From a virus: 64,000 bases of DNA. Below, piece by piece: positions 9,096 through 17,854 of this stretch; position 1 is the stretch's first letter, and each line of letters begins with the position of its first letter. The notes beneath the pieces were generated by a model that ran no database searches, was not told the origin of the DNA, and saw only the letters and a list, made by a program, of their open reading frames with translations. The stretch is taken from IMG/VR virus record IMGVR_UViG_3300028454_000036; one strand, given 5' to 3'. The position numbers and the translations under genes are program-made.

Positions 9096-10210
9096 TGGCA
9101 CCCGAAGTGAAACTAGAGTGGAAAGCTGTCCCTGAATTCCATACATATGAAGTATCTTCTGCAGGGGATATCAGGAATGTAAAAACAGGAAAGATATTGA
9201 AACACGCTGTTCCTAAGTTAGTTCCTACTGCTGCTCCTTGCGTAAGCTTAGTACGTGAATCTAAAATTCGTGTATTTGAAGTGAGATTCATTGTAGCTTG
9301 CGCATTTCTCGGAGTAGATATCAATGCTCGACCAAAACCGAAGATTGAATATATTGATGGAGATAAGAGTAACAATTGTGTAGCGAACTTGAGGATCAAA
9401 TCATCTGAATCCCTTCCTGGAGAAGAGTGGCGACCCATTGAGGGTTTTGAAGATAGCTATGCAGTATCTAATTTAGGGAGAGTAAAAAGATTAGCAAGAG
9501 TCGATGTATATAAGACTAAGAATCGAGCTAAAAGCACTACTAGGCCCGTCAGCGAGCTAATCTTGAAGTCAACAGAAACAGATGAGTACTACCAAGTCAA
9601 CCTGATATATGGAGAAAAATCAGAATACAGGACCGTTCATCGATTAGTAGCAACAGCATTCATCCCAAATCCGGAAAATCTTCCTCAAGTAAATCATATC
9701 AACGGGAACAAGCATGATAATCGAGTTGCGAACCTAGAATGGTGCTCTGCGCAAGCGAATGTACAGCATTCTATACAAACTGGATTGCGTGATTTACATC
9801 AAGTAGGAGTTGACAGGAGTCCTAAGCAACTCTGCTGTTGTGAACTTGACATGACGTTTGCTACAATAAGGCAAGCTAGTAGAGACCTCAATATTCCCGA
9901 AGTCTACTTAGGTCAATGTATAAAAGAAGGCAAGGAGTGTCACGGATATCACTTCGAGCTGATTACAATTGATCGTAGAATCAAATGTCTAGATACAGGA
10001 CAGATTTTCTTAAGTGAACAACAAGCTAAAGAAGAGTTAGGTCTGCCAAGTAAGGGTATACTAGATTCAATTGCAAGGCAAACTTGCTATGACGGGTATA
10101 CATTTTACCTGGTTCGGGATTTGGATAAAATTGATGAAAAAGAATATTTACAGGCAGCTCGAGCAAAGTATTCACAATGGCCTCGAGCTCACAAACGATG
10201 GGAGGACTAG
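9095..10210 (+). CDS. free-standing NUMOD4-HNH homing endonuclease with duplicated NUMOD4/HNH modules and C-terminal NUMOD1-like repeats
   Basis: EWKAV..YEVSSAG and EEWRPI..YAVSNLGRVK; HRLVATAFIPNP..VNHINGNKHDNRVANLEW. Confidence 0.88.
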   Translation: MAPEVKLEWKAVPEFHTYEVSSAGDIRNVKTGKILKHAVPKLVPTAAPCVSLVRESKIRVFEVRFIVACAFLGVDINARPKPKIEYIDGDKSNNCVANLRIKSSESLPGEEWRPIEGFEDSYAVSNLGRVKRLARVDVYKTKNRAKSTTRPVSELILKSTETDEYYQVNLIYGEKSEYRTVHRLVATAFIPNPENLPQVNHINGNKHDNRVANLEWCSAQANVQHSIQTGLRDLHQVGVDRSPKQLCCCELDMTFATIRQASRDLNIPEVYLGQCIKEGKECHGYHFELITIDRRIKCLDTGQIFLSEQQAKEELGLPSKGILDSIARQTCYDGYTFYLVRDLDKIDEKEYLQAARAKYSQWPRAHKRWED

Positions 10211-10212
10211 GA

Positions 10213-11202
10213 ATGGAACAACACTATTGCTTCTCTGGCTCGCTAACACTTTCGATGGCGGATGAGCTGGAGCGTCTCATGCATGAAGGCAAGTGGCAGC
10301 CGGCAGATGCTCTTGTATCTCAGCTAGATAAGTCCGGAATCGCATCTATGATGTCGCATATGGAACGAGGAATCATCAAATCATTATTCATCGACTCTGG
10401 TGCTTACTCAGTTCATACAGGACGCATCAAAGTAACTAATGACGAAGAGCTGAAAGCTTTTGTTGATGATTACATCGATTTTGTAAACAGTATTGACGAT
10501 AAGATCTTAGCTGTTGCTCAGGTTGACCACATTCCAGGTGTATTTAAGCAGCCTAAGAAGCCCGAGGATTATGTAGAGTCTGTAAAGCTGTCTTGGGATA
10601 ACTTCTTGTATATGCTTCCGAAGATGAAGAGCCCTGAGAAGCTCTTGTATGTATTTCATCAGGGTGAATCATTCGATGCACTTCAGCACATCTTGGATTG
10701 GAGAGATGAGAATGGAAAGCCACTTCAGTATTTAGGAATATCTCCATCTAACGACCGTCCTGTAGGCGACAAGGATATCTACTTAAAGGAAGTGTACGAC
10801 TTCATCGCTAAGTCAAGCAATCCTACGATTCATACTCATCTATTTGGATACACATCACTTCCTGGATTGCCTAAGTTTCCTTGGTACTCATGCGATAGCG
10901 TATCTCATCGACTTCGCGCTGCATATAACAAAGTATTCACTCGAGACTATGGTACAATTTCGTTCTCGATGACCCGAGAGGCTCGGACAACAGCCGATAA
11001 GTGCTTCTTTGAGATAGCTGATGAGGAAACTCTTCGCAAGTTTGATGAATTGCTCGACTATTATGGATTCACTCGAGAGCAGATGATGGAGGAGTCCTCT
11101 GCTAGAACCGCACTTGATATGTGTGAGGTTCAGCGCTACTGCGCAGAGAATCCTTACGCTCCAGAGAAGATACTTCGAGCAAGGAAACTATTCAAGATCT
11201 AA
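10213..11202 (+). CDS. DpdA-like (TGT-fold) DNA guanine transglycosylase
   Basis: LFIDSGAYS, VFHQGE, HTHLFG and SCDSVS motifs; GGAGG RBS. Confidence 0.7.
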   Translation: MEQHYCFSGSLTLSMADELERLMHEGKWQPADALVSQLDKSGIASMMSHMERGIIKSLFIDSGAYSVHTGRIKVTNDEELKAFVDDYIDFVNSIDDKILAVAQVDHIPGVFKQPKKPEDYVESVKLSWDNFLYMLPKMKSPEKLLYVFHQGESFDALQHILDWRDENGKPLQYLGISPSNDRPVGDKDIYLKEVYDFIAKSSNPTIHTHLFGYTSLPGLPKFPWYSCDSVSHRLRAAYNKVFTRDYGTISFSMTREARTTADKCFFEIADEETLRKFDELLDYYGFTREQMMEESSARTALDMCEVQRYCAENPYAPEKILRARKLFKI

Positions 11203-11217
11203 CATGATTTCGCATCA

Positions 11218-11225
11218 AATCGTTA
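11218..11225 (+). promoter_or_regulatory. AATCGTTA motif
   Basis: intergenic, 25 nt before the ATG at 11250. Confidence 0.6.
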
Positions 11226-11249
11226 TGATAGCATAAGGAGGGCTGAAAC

Positions 11250-11519
11250 ATGATAGCATTATCGTCAGATACTCAGCTGGCCTATCTTGCGTTAGCGTTA
11301 GTAGTCGTAAACATTGTCATGATCATATGGCAATCGCACAGAGTCAACTTAGTGAATAGAGAGATATTCTTAATGAAGTATGCATACGTGATACTTTCTA
11401 GAAGCATTGCAGCTATCGAAGAAAAAGATGTATCTACTGAGCAAGCAGTAATGGAGATGCACAGCATCGCAAAAGAAGTAGCCGAACTAAAAGATAGGAT
11501 AGAGAGTTTATCTGCATAG
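11250..11519 (+). CDS. small membrane protein (1 TM + coiled coil)
   Basis: hydrophobic LAYLALALVVVNIVMIIW; AAGGAGG RBS. Confidence 0.75.
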   Translation: MIALSSDTQLAYLALALVVVNIVMIIWQSHRVNLVNREIFLMKYAYVILSRSIAAIEEKDVSTEQAVMEMHSIAKEVAELKDRIESLSA

Positions 11520-11545
11520 CACGCAGATAAGGTAAACAAAATAAG

Positions 11546-11581
11546 AGGTCTTAGCCAAATTCCAGGGCTAGGACCTTTTAT
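11546..11581 (+). terminator. intrinsic terminator; 3' arm overlaps an ACCTT-TTA-TA motif
   Basis: AGGTCTTAGCC/GGCTAGGACCT stem followed by a T run. Confidence 0.7.
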
Positions 11582-11633
11582 ACTTTCAGAATAGAAATTC
11601 GTGATACATCACTATTTATGGAGGTTGTTCAAT

Positions 11634-11900
11634 ATGGCACTCATTCCTAGAGATAAACTAACGGAGCTAGTAACTGCTGAACAAGCCAAGAGCACAGCTC
11701 AAAGTTCCGCAGCAGATATCCAGCTGCAAGCAGTTGCATACGCAATCAACTGTGCAGCTAATACAGGCGAGACGCGCACAGAGTTCAAAGAGACTATGCT
11801 TCCGGAAACAGAATCCGCTCTCGAAGCAAAGGGCTATAAAGTGCAATTCATCGGACAGGCAGTTGCAACGGATATCGCTCTTATTTCATGGAGTGAGTAA
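11634..11900 (+). CDS. hypothetical protein
   Basis: GGAGG RBS, ATG at 11634. Confidence 0.75.
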   Translation: MALIPRDKLTELVTAEQAKSTAQSSAADIQLQAVAYAINCAANTGETRTEFKETMLPETESALEAKGYKVQFIGQAVATDIALISWSE

Positions 11901-12302
11901 ATGGAACTCAATGAGCTGAGAATTGATGCATGTCCGTATCGTGAAATAGGGAAACACACGCCTGTCCTCAATCATGATGAGATTCCTTATCACTTATTCG
12001 TCATGCTGAATCCTGAGATGACTCGAGATTGCACAATGTATGAAGTGCACGAGCTCGACAAAGAAGATAGCCCAATTATCTTCCCTGACACATTCATGCG
12101 AGTGTCTCCTACATGGATCCGTGTAATCACAGATCATCTTAACAAGAAGGTAGGGCAACACATTTACCGAATGGCCTTTGTAGACAAGATCACAACAGAC
12201 ACATTCTTCCTGTATTTCTCTTATATCATTCAGGACGATAATCCAGATAAGCCTTACATCTATATGAACAGAGAGAAGCCGAATAACGACTTAGAGGAGT
12301 AG
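11901..12302 (+). CDS. hypothetical protein
   Basis: 133-aa ORF abutting the previous gene. Confidence 0.75.
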   Translation: MELNELRIDACPYREIGKHTPVLNHDEIPYHLFVMLNPEMTRDCTMYEVHELDKEDSPIIFPDTFMRVSPTWIRVITDHLNKKVGQHIYRMAFVDKITTDTFFLYFSYIIQDDNPDKPYIYMNREKPNNDLEE

Positions 12303-12304
12303 TT

Positions 12305-13027
12305 ATGATAACACAAGTAATATTTGCAAGCAAAGTGTATAAGACAAGTAGACGGAAACAAGCTATTCAGTCCGCATTGATGCTTCCGAATAATGAAGGA
12401 CTTGTTCAGCAGCTAGCTGACGCGCTAGACGAGGAATACAGACCACTTGCTCAAGATCCTAATGATCCAACTACACAGAAAGCTGATGAAGCAAAAGATC
12501 CATTGGATCCAGGCTTAGATGATGATTTCGACGTAGAAAGCAATCTGGTACATGTAAGTGATAATCCAGGAGGAAGCGGCCCATTAGGCCCGAAGCCGTC
12601 TGCTGATGACATAGACGTAGATGGTCCAGATGGTGATGGTCCTGATATGGAGGATAAGCCAGATGGCGATGAACCTGATGTAGAGGAGGGAGTAGACGAT
12701 AGTGCTCCAGAAGAGCCTGTAGAAGAGTCAACTAAGATCAATGCTTGCTGCGACTTAGACGTGTCCCTCATCAAAGGCACACTCAACGCTAATGCAGATA
12801 CAGCAGGTGTCGCTCGAATCGTTACAAAAGAAAAGGAATTATGGATCTACTACAACGACGACATCAACATGAACGATGTGATGATTGACGTAGTTGATTA
12901 CCTGAATGCATCTGGTCAAACTAATCTCGAATTCAACAGATTAGCACGATCAGACAACGCAATGGTATTCATCATAAATGAGCAGAAACAAGAAATCAAG
13001 CCGAATGAGGCTGAGGAGGAAAGCTAA
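12305..13027 (+). CDS. acidic protein with D/P-rich linker, possible prohead core/scaffold-type protein
   Basis: VIFAS and VEESTKINAC motifs of the putative protease-site family. Confidence 0.6.
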   Translation: MITQVIFASKVYKTSRRKQAIQSALMLPNNEGLVQQLADALDEEYRPLAQDPNDPTTQKADEAKDPLDPGLDDDFDVESNLVHVSDNPGGSGPLGPKPSADDIDVDGPDGDGPDMEDKPDGDEPDVEEGVDDSAPEEPVEESTKINACCDLDVSLIKGTLNANADTAGVARIVTKEKELWIYYNDDINMNDVMIDVVDYLNASGQTNLEFNRLARSDNAMVFIINEQKQEIKPNEAEEES

Positions 13028-13320
13028 TGAACTATGACGTATTAGTATCATTTGCAGGATATGTAGGTTCAGAGCAACTGTATTCAGTAGATGCAAATGA
13101 CGAGGACGAAGCTATCGATCTTGCAATAGATGAGGCCGCAGACGACCTTTCTTCAGAGGAAACAATCAACCAAGGAGATGGCGAATGGCTAGTCGAGATC
13201 AACTTCGCTGGATTAGCAGGCATTACAGAGTCATACGAAGTATACGGACCTAGTGAGGACGACGCTATTGAAGCTGCCCTCGAGTTAGCAAAGGACGATC
13301 TTTCAGGGGAGATAAACTAA
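13027..13320 (+). CDS. very acidic protein made of two tandem ~45-aa repeats
   Basis: FAGYVG..Y.V...EDEAI..A..DDLS repeated twice. Confidence 0.75.
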   Translation: MNYDVLVSFAGYVGSEQLYSVDANDEDEAIDLAIDEAADDLSSEETINQGDGEWLVEINFAGLAGITESYEVYGPSEDDAIEAALELAKDDLSGEIN

Positions 13321-13533
13321 TGAAGAGTAGTTAAAGCAAGCTTCGATAAGTATGCAATCGGAGGATACACAAAGCAGGTCATCAACGCGCTAGTTAAGCA
13401 CAACGAGCAGATGAAGTCCCTTCGTGAATTTCAACGTCGTCTGGAACAGTTCGGTATCGACGACCTCGACAATGATGAGCTTACAGAAGCATACAACATG
13501 TACAATGATATACTAACATCTACGGAGGTATAG
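13320..13533 (+). pseudogene. frameshifted MKRVVKAS-leader family gene
   Basis: ATGAAGAGTAGTTAA stops at once, but the +1 frame reads RVVKASFDKYAIGG...STEV* to 13533. Confidence 0.65.
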
Positions 13534-13535
13534 TT

Positions 13536-13883
13536 TTGAAGAGAGTAATCAAAGCTTCACAAGTAGAGGCAGCAGATACGTACAAAGGATATGAAGACAT
13601 CAACGAGTATGCACGCAATACTGCACGCGACGATATAGAATTCGAGATTCCGCAGATTTGGTCAATTCAATTCTTCGGAGATAAGAACTACATGATAAGT
13701 GACTGTGAAGTCCACGTCATGGCTCGCACATATGCAGAAGCAGAGAAGCAAGCTAAGTTCCTCTGCAGAGTATGGGATTACGACTTCGACAAGTGCACAA
13801 TTCAGTACGCTTATCTACCTAGATCCTGGTGGAATAACCACGAAGTGAAGTTAGAAGGCTTCGTGCAATACGTAGAGGAATAA
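13536..13883 (+). CDS. leader-family protein (MKRVIKAS)
   Basis: TTG start after GGAGG; leader followed by VEAA. Confidence 0.8.
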   Translation: MKRVIKASQVEAADTYKGYEDINEYARNTARDDIEFEIPQIWSIQFFGDKNYMISDCEVHVMARTYAEAEKQAKFLCRVWDYDFDKCTIQYAYLPRSWWNNHEVKLEGFVQYVEE

Positions 13884-13886
13884 CAT

Positions 13887-14249
13887 ATGAAGCGATACAT
13901 CAGAAGTTCAAGTGCAGAGTTTACAACATTAGCCGAAGCTAAGCAGATCATAGATTCTATTAACATGACCGAAGGACGTCGCAAAGCACTCTACGACATA
14001 CAGGAGTGGAATGTCAGCCCTGATGACGTCGCTAGACTTGCAGGTAAGTATTCAAGCGGAGCAATGAGATTCACAGGTTCAGTTCCTGTAGTATCAGTTT
14101 CGTACGGTGAAAGCGATAAAGTAGACACTGCATTTATCTTAGAATACGAGGACGGGACTCGACGCATGTATGGATGGAAACGCTCTTCTATAGATCCTCA
14201 GATAGATGATGGCGTATTTTGTTATTGGGCATACGTCAAGCGAGTTTAA
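13887..14249 (+). CDS. leader-family protein (MKRYIRSS)
   Basis: leader motif, GAGG RBS. Confidence 0.8.
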   Translation: MKRYIRSSSAEFTTLAEAKQIIDSINMTEGRRKALYDIQEWNVSPDDVARLAGKYSSGAMRFTGSVPVVSVSYGESDKVDTAFILEYEDGTRRMYGWKRSSIDPQIDDGVFCYWAYVKRV

Positions 14250-14263
14250 GGAGACAATTTATT

Positions 14264-14587
14264 ATGAAACGAGTAATCAAAGCAAGTTCATCCTCAGCCA
14301 AGTCAACATACAGCAGAATACTAGATGCTGTAAGCAAGTTAGACGACCCTAAGGAACCATGGACTGACTCAATGGCATTCATCGATGGCCTAGCACGGGA
14401 CGAGCAAATTGGATTGCATATTTATCATTATGATGACGACTATCAAGCTGTCATTGACTTAGATGATGGATCCAGAATCAATTCACCCCGTGTCGGTACT
14501 TTTGAAGAAGCTAAGGATGCATTCGGTGAATTAGCTCAGCGATACACACGACAGGCATCTAAGCAAGGCGACCTTAAGGAGGAGTAG
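14264..14587 (+). CDS. leader-family protein (MKRVIKAS)
   Basis: ATG at 14264 after AAGGAG. Confidence 0.8.
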   Translation: MKRVIKASSSSAKSTYSRILDAVSKLDDPKEPWTDSMAFIDGLARDEQIGLHIYHYDDDYQAVIDLDDGSRINSPRVGTFEEAKDAFGELAQRYTRQASKQGDLKEE

Positions 14588-14590
14588 AAG

Positions 14591-15091
14591 ATGAAGCGAG
14601 TAATCAAAGCAAGCGATTCCGAAAAGAAGGGATACGAGTATAGAGGATTCTACATTCACGAGACTACCTTCGGATACGATGTATGGCTCAAGGGTAGAAA
14701 GGTCTTAGATGATGAATACGCAACTAAAGATGAAGCAGAAGCTGCTGTAGATGAAGTAGTAAGAGATGAAAATGTAGAATCCGCTACTTCCATTACAGCT
14801 CACTTCGCTGCTCCACCTTTCGAGACAAAATACAGTGTTCATTGGATAAGCCCAGAAGGCAAAGATTGCACATTGGCTGGATCCGATTCTATTGAGGACG
14901 TACAGAGCCAAGCAAAGAATCAAGCACGTCAGATTTACAACAGTGCATTTGAAACAGATGAGCGTAAGATTCACTTCTTAGAGAACATCTACATTGTAGA
15001 AGATGAGACCGAGCGTGATGCAATGCTCACTGATACGGAGGACTACATCAATCGACTCATCTCAAAGATTGAGAGTAGATCTGAGAAATAA
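14591..15091 (+). CDS. leader-family protein (MKRVIKAS) with two domains joined by VESATSITA
   Basis: leader plus internal motif pair. Confidence 0.8.
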   Translation: MKRVIKASDSEKKGYEYRGFYIHETTFGYDVWLKGRKVLDDEYATKDEAEAAVDEVVRDENVESATSITAHFAAPPFETKYSVHWISPEGKDCTLAGSDSIEDVQSQAKNQARQIYNSAFETDERKIHFLENIYIVEDETERDAMLTDTEDYINRLISKIESRSEK

Positions 15092-15109
15092 ACCAGGAGG
15101 ATAATAAGT

Positions 15110-15493
15110 ATGATTGAATACGCAGGAGACGTTACTCCTAGAGATGTAGCAGATGCTGTAGAAAGCATGCTATCCAGCAGACGCGCAATCATGGATTCGG
15201 GATGTGAAGTAAATGTAACAGTAGGCGATGACATGATTCCACATTTGACTGTGATTGCTCCTAGGAGTGCACACATGCGTGTGCGCATGGAGACAAGCGA
15301 CGTCGTTAGCCGAGACGGAATGGAGGGATATGAATTCATTCCTACACTCGAGAGACTCGACCCTAACGAAATAACAATGCATGAATACGACGCAGTAGAT
15401 ATTCGACGGTTCTATGCAGCTCAAGCTAAAGTAGTAGATGCCCTATATGACATCTACAATCAGGAGTTCTATCCAGAGCAGTATTTTGATTGA
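15110..15493 (+). CDS. acidic hypothetical protein
   Basis: AGGAGG RBS, 127 aa. Confidence 0.75.
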   Translation: MIEYAGDVTPRDVADAVESMLSSRRAIMDSGCEVNVTVGDDMIPHLTVIAPRSAHMRVRMETSDVVSRDGMEGYEFIPTLERLDPNEITMHEYDAVDIRRFYAAQAKVVDALYDIYNQEFYPEQYFD

Positions 15494-15509
15494 TAAGAGA
15501 GGTTGACAC

Positions 15510-15914
15510 ATGAAGAAAGTAGTAGCAGCTCATCTACAAACCGGCAAGCCTGCTGGATACTATACATTGGAAGAAGCTATTGACAATCTGCCTGATAGAG
15601 ATTTCTGGAAGGTATGGAATGCTGCAGCCGATTTCGCACAAGCATCTAATTCTAAATACGTATTTCCGAAAGTTTATCCGATGCATCGACTTAACTCTGA
15701 ATATGAATCACTTGAGCCACTTCAGATACTGGCCTTGACTTCTCACGGACGTTTTCGGACAAGTGACAAGTACTTCTATGAAGATTATAGCGGATTGCAT
15801 TCTTTCAACAATGTTGATAGTCATGATTACCCTAGTGTAGATTATGACGAGCTCATCCCAACTATCTTGAAGATGAAACGGACAGGTGTCAAATCCATTG
15901 ATGCTATCTTATAA
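15510..15914 (+). CDS. leader-family protein (MKKVVAA), paralog of 17855
   Basis: leader-like N-terminus; V[YF]PM..F.S.D.Y pattern shared with 17855. Confidence 0.75.
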   Translation: MKKVVAAHLQTGKPAGYYTLEEAIDNLPDRDFWKVWNAAADFAQASNSKYVFPKVYPMHRLNSEYESLEPLQILALTSHGRFRTSDKYFYEDYSGLHSFNNVDSHDYPSVDYDELIPTILKMKRTGVKSIDAIL

Positions 15915-15928
15915 GGAGTGATTGACTA

Positions 15929-16282
15929 ATGAAGAGAAAACTATCTGAATCAGCAATTAAAGCATCTCAATCAACAGGTAAGGTATCGCTCTATGTAGAG
16001 TGGATATCAGGAGACGAGATGGCTAAGGGAAACTTAGTTGTACGCAGCGCTTCTATCGAGCGTCCTACACTCCTGGAGGCGTTAATGGTTATGCTCAACA
16101 CAGTAGAGGTTCCAGAAGTTCCTGCTCCTGAAGACGTTAAGGAGATGGATCCATACGACATCATTGATCACATTCAATACTACAATGGCTCAGACATTAC
16201 ATGTGATGCAATCATTGTGCTAAAGAACATATCCGACGGCTCTGAGTATATTGACAATAAACTCCCTGCGGAGCGTCTGTAG
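15929..16282 (+). CDS. leader-family protein (MKRKLSESAIKAS)
   Basis: extended leader ending in IKAS. Confidence 0.75.
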   Translation: MKRKLSESAIKASQSTGKVSLYVEWISGDEMAKGNLVVRSASIERPTLLEALMVMLNTVEVPEVPAPEDVKEMDPYDIIDHIQYYNGSDITCDAIIVLKNISDGSEYIDNKLPAERL

Positions 16283-16308
16283 GTGGTACTATCTATAGGA
16301 GGATTATT

Positions 16309-16686
16309 ATGAAACGTTACATTAGATCTAACATCGATGACTTCGACGAGTATGACGAATACGACGAAGGCTCTGCAAGCGAGATATACAATCAGCTATG
16401 TGAGGAGCATAACTTCTTCGACATAGAAAATGCAGTAGCTGATGAGTTAGGTGTTTACTTAGATTTCTCAAGTGTCCGTGGTGACGAGGGAGAAGTATTC
16501 ATCTTTTCAGATGAAGATCATGAAAACTCCGATTCAGATATGTGGATGGGAGACGATGATGCACTCATCACAAAGGTATCATTCAGCGACTATGTAGATG
16601 GAGTTAAGGAAGCAACTTCCGGTGATGAAGGACAGTGGGAACAGAAGTATAGATCATACTTAGAGGGGCTCATTGAAGGAGAATAG
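16309..16686 (+). CDS. leader-family protein (MKRYIRSN), extremely acidic
   Basis: leader followed by a D/E-rich body. Confidence 0.8.
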   Translation: MKRYIRSNIDDFDEYDEYDEGSASEIYNQLCEEHNFFDIENAVADELGVYLDFSSVRGDEGEVFIFSDEDHENSDSDMWMGDDDALITKVSFSDYVDGVKEATSGDEGQWEQKYRSYLEGLIEGE

Positions 16687-16688
16687 AT

Positions 16689-17114
16689 ATGAAACGAGTA
16701 ATCACAGCTAGTGCTGAAATTAAGCCGTGGTCAGCTTCGGAAGAGAAGAGATCTAGAGCGATATCCGATAAGATCAACTCTAAGCTATTCGCAGGAGACG
16801 AATTCGAGGAATTCTACGAAACAGACGGAGATGACAATCCAGTAGCTACTTTCAACTTAAGCATACCAGGAAGAGCAGACACAGAGATATCTATCTACAG
16901 AGAGTATCTTGTTTACGCTCAGAATTGGGATGAAAACGACATTAGAGTCAAGCAAGGCAAGCGTGTACCTGGAACAACATATTTCTCAGTAGCCGATAAC
17001 GGAGACGTAATCGACGAAAACTTCGTGGGCTACGCTACAAAAGAAGATGCAATCCACGCAGCAGAGATCTACATGGATGAATTACGTCGTAGATTTGAGA
17101 AATACAATCACTAA
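16689..17114 (+). CDS. leader-family protein (MKRVITAS)
   Basis: leader motif, AAGGAG RBS. Confidence 0.8.
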   Translation: MKRVITASAEIKPWSASEEKRSRAISDKINSKLFAGDEFEEFYETDGDDNPVATFNLSIPGRADTEISIYREYLVYAQNWDENDIRVKQGKRVPGTTYFSVADNGDVIDENFVGYATKEDAIHAAEIYMDELRRRFEKYNH

Positions 17115-17160
17115 GTTAGCTACAAGCCATGCGCCGGCTTTCTTGCTATAATTTCCTGCC

Positions 17161-17192
17161 AGTAAAGGTCGTCAGAAATGGCGACTTTTACT
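17161..17192 (+). terminator. intrinsic terminator
   Basis: AGTAAAGGTCGTCA-GAAA-TGGCGACTTTTACT. Confidence 0.75.
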
Positions 17193-17198
17193 ATGTCG

Positions 17199-17206
17199 AA
17201 TCGTTA
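17199..17206 (+). promoter_or_regulatory. AATCGTTA motif
   Basis: directly after a terminator, 24 nt before the ATG at 17230. Confidence 0.65.
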
Positions 17207-17229
17207 TAGTATCTAACAGGAGGTTTATC

Positions 17230-17598
17230 ATGGAGAAGGGAATAGAAATTGCAAGCAATATTCAGAAAACAGCCGATATCCTAGAATCTGCATTAAAGGG
17301 AGGTCAAACAAACGACTTCAACAGCACTGAGATTGATGCTATGGAGAAGGCTGTCGCTATTCTGCGCAGCATTCGTAAAGTGTACTGCAAAGAAGACAAA
17401 GATGAAGAGTTCCCGCTAGAATCATATCCAAGTGTACTTCCTACGCTAGAAGGATTGCATGACCTGATAGAGTCTAAGGGCTATGTATTCATATCATGCT
17501 ACGGAAAAGCTGGATCCACTAAATCAGCGTCGATGTGCTACATGCTAGAAGACGCAAACACAATCAACGAGCTCTATAAAACGAAAGGAGACGAGTAG
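17230..17598 (+). CDS. hypothetical protein
   Basis: AGGAGG RBS, 122 aa, no leader. Confidence 0.75.
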   Translation: MEKGIEIASNIQKTADILESALKGGQTNDFNSTEIDAMEKAVAILRSIRKVYCKEDKDEEFPLESYPSVLPTLEGLHDLIESKGYVFISCYGKAGSTKSASMCYMLEDANTINELYKTKGDE

Positions 17599-17763
17599 AT
17601 GTATCAATGTTTTCATTGTGGACACAACACAGTCATATGGGATTCTGATTTCGACTTCGACGATTTCGGATATGAAGGCGAAGGGCTTGTCCATCAGCTA
17701 CACTGCACTAACTGCGGAGCGGAGATTGAATACAAAATTCCAGACAAACAAGATGAAGAGTAA
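17599..17763 (+). CDS. 54-aa zinc-ribbon protein (absent from the ORF track)
   Basis: MYQCFHCG...HCTNCGAEIEY; AAGGAG RBS. Confidence 0.75.
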   Translation: MYQCFHCGHNTVIWDSDFDFDDFGYEGEGLVHQLHCTNCGAEIEYKIPDKQDEE

Positions 17764-17767
17764 CATC

Positions 17768-17803
17768 GAGCCTGCTAGTTGTTCACTGGCGGGCTTGTTT
17801 TAT
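17768..17803 (+). terminator. intrinsic terminator
   Basis: GAGCCTGCTAGT/ACTGGCGGGCTT stem followed by GTTTTAT. Confidence 0.7.
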
Positions 17804-17809
17804 GATACA

Positions 17810-17819
17810 ACCTTCAATA
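17810..17819 (+). promoter_or_regulatory. ACCTT-CAA-TA motif (putative late promoter)
   Basis: after a terminator, where the leader-gene array resumes. Confidence 0.6.
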
Positions 17820-17854
17820 TCACTATATAGAATCACTATCATAGGAGGATGATT

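Noticed and set aside
8877..11202. Group I intron splitting a gene around the HNH ORF
   Set aside because: The HNH ORF overlaps the upstream stop and ends 2 nt before the next ATG, which has its own RBS. There is no non-coding room for a ribozyme core.
17618..17830. 70-aa ORF from the track
   Set aside because: It runs through a terminator; the overlapping 17599-17763 zinc-ribbon ORF has an RBS and CxxC pairs and is the better call.
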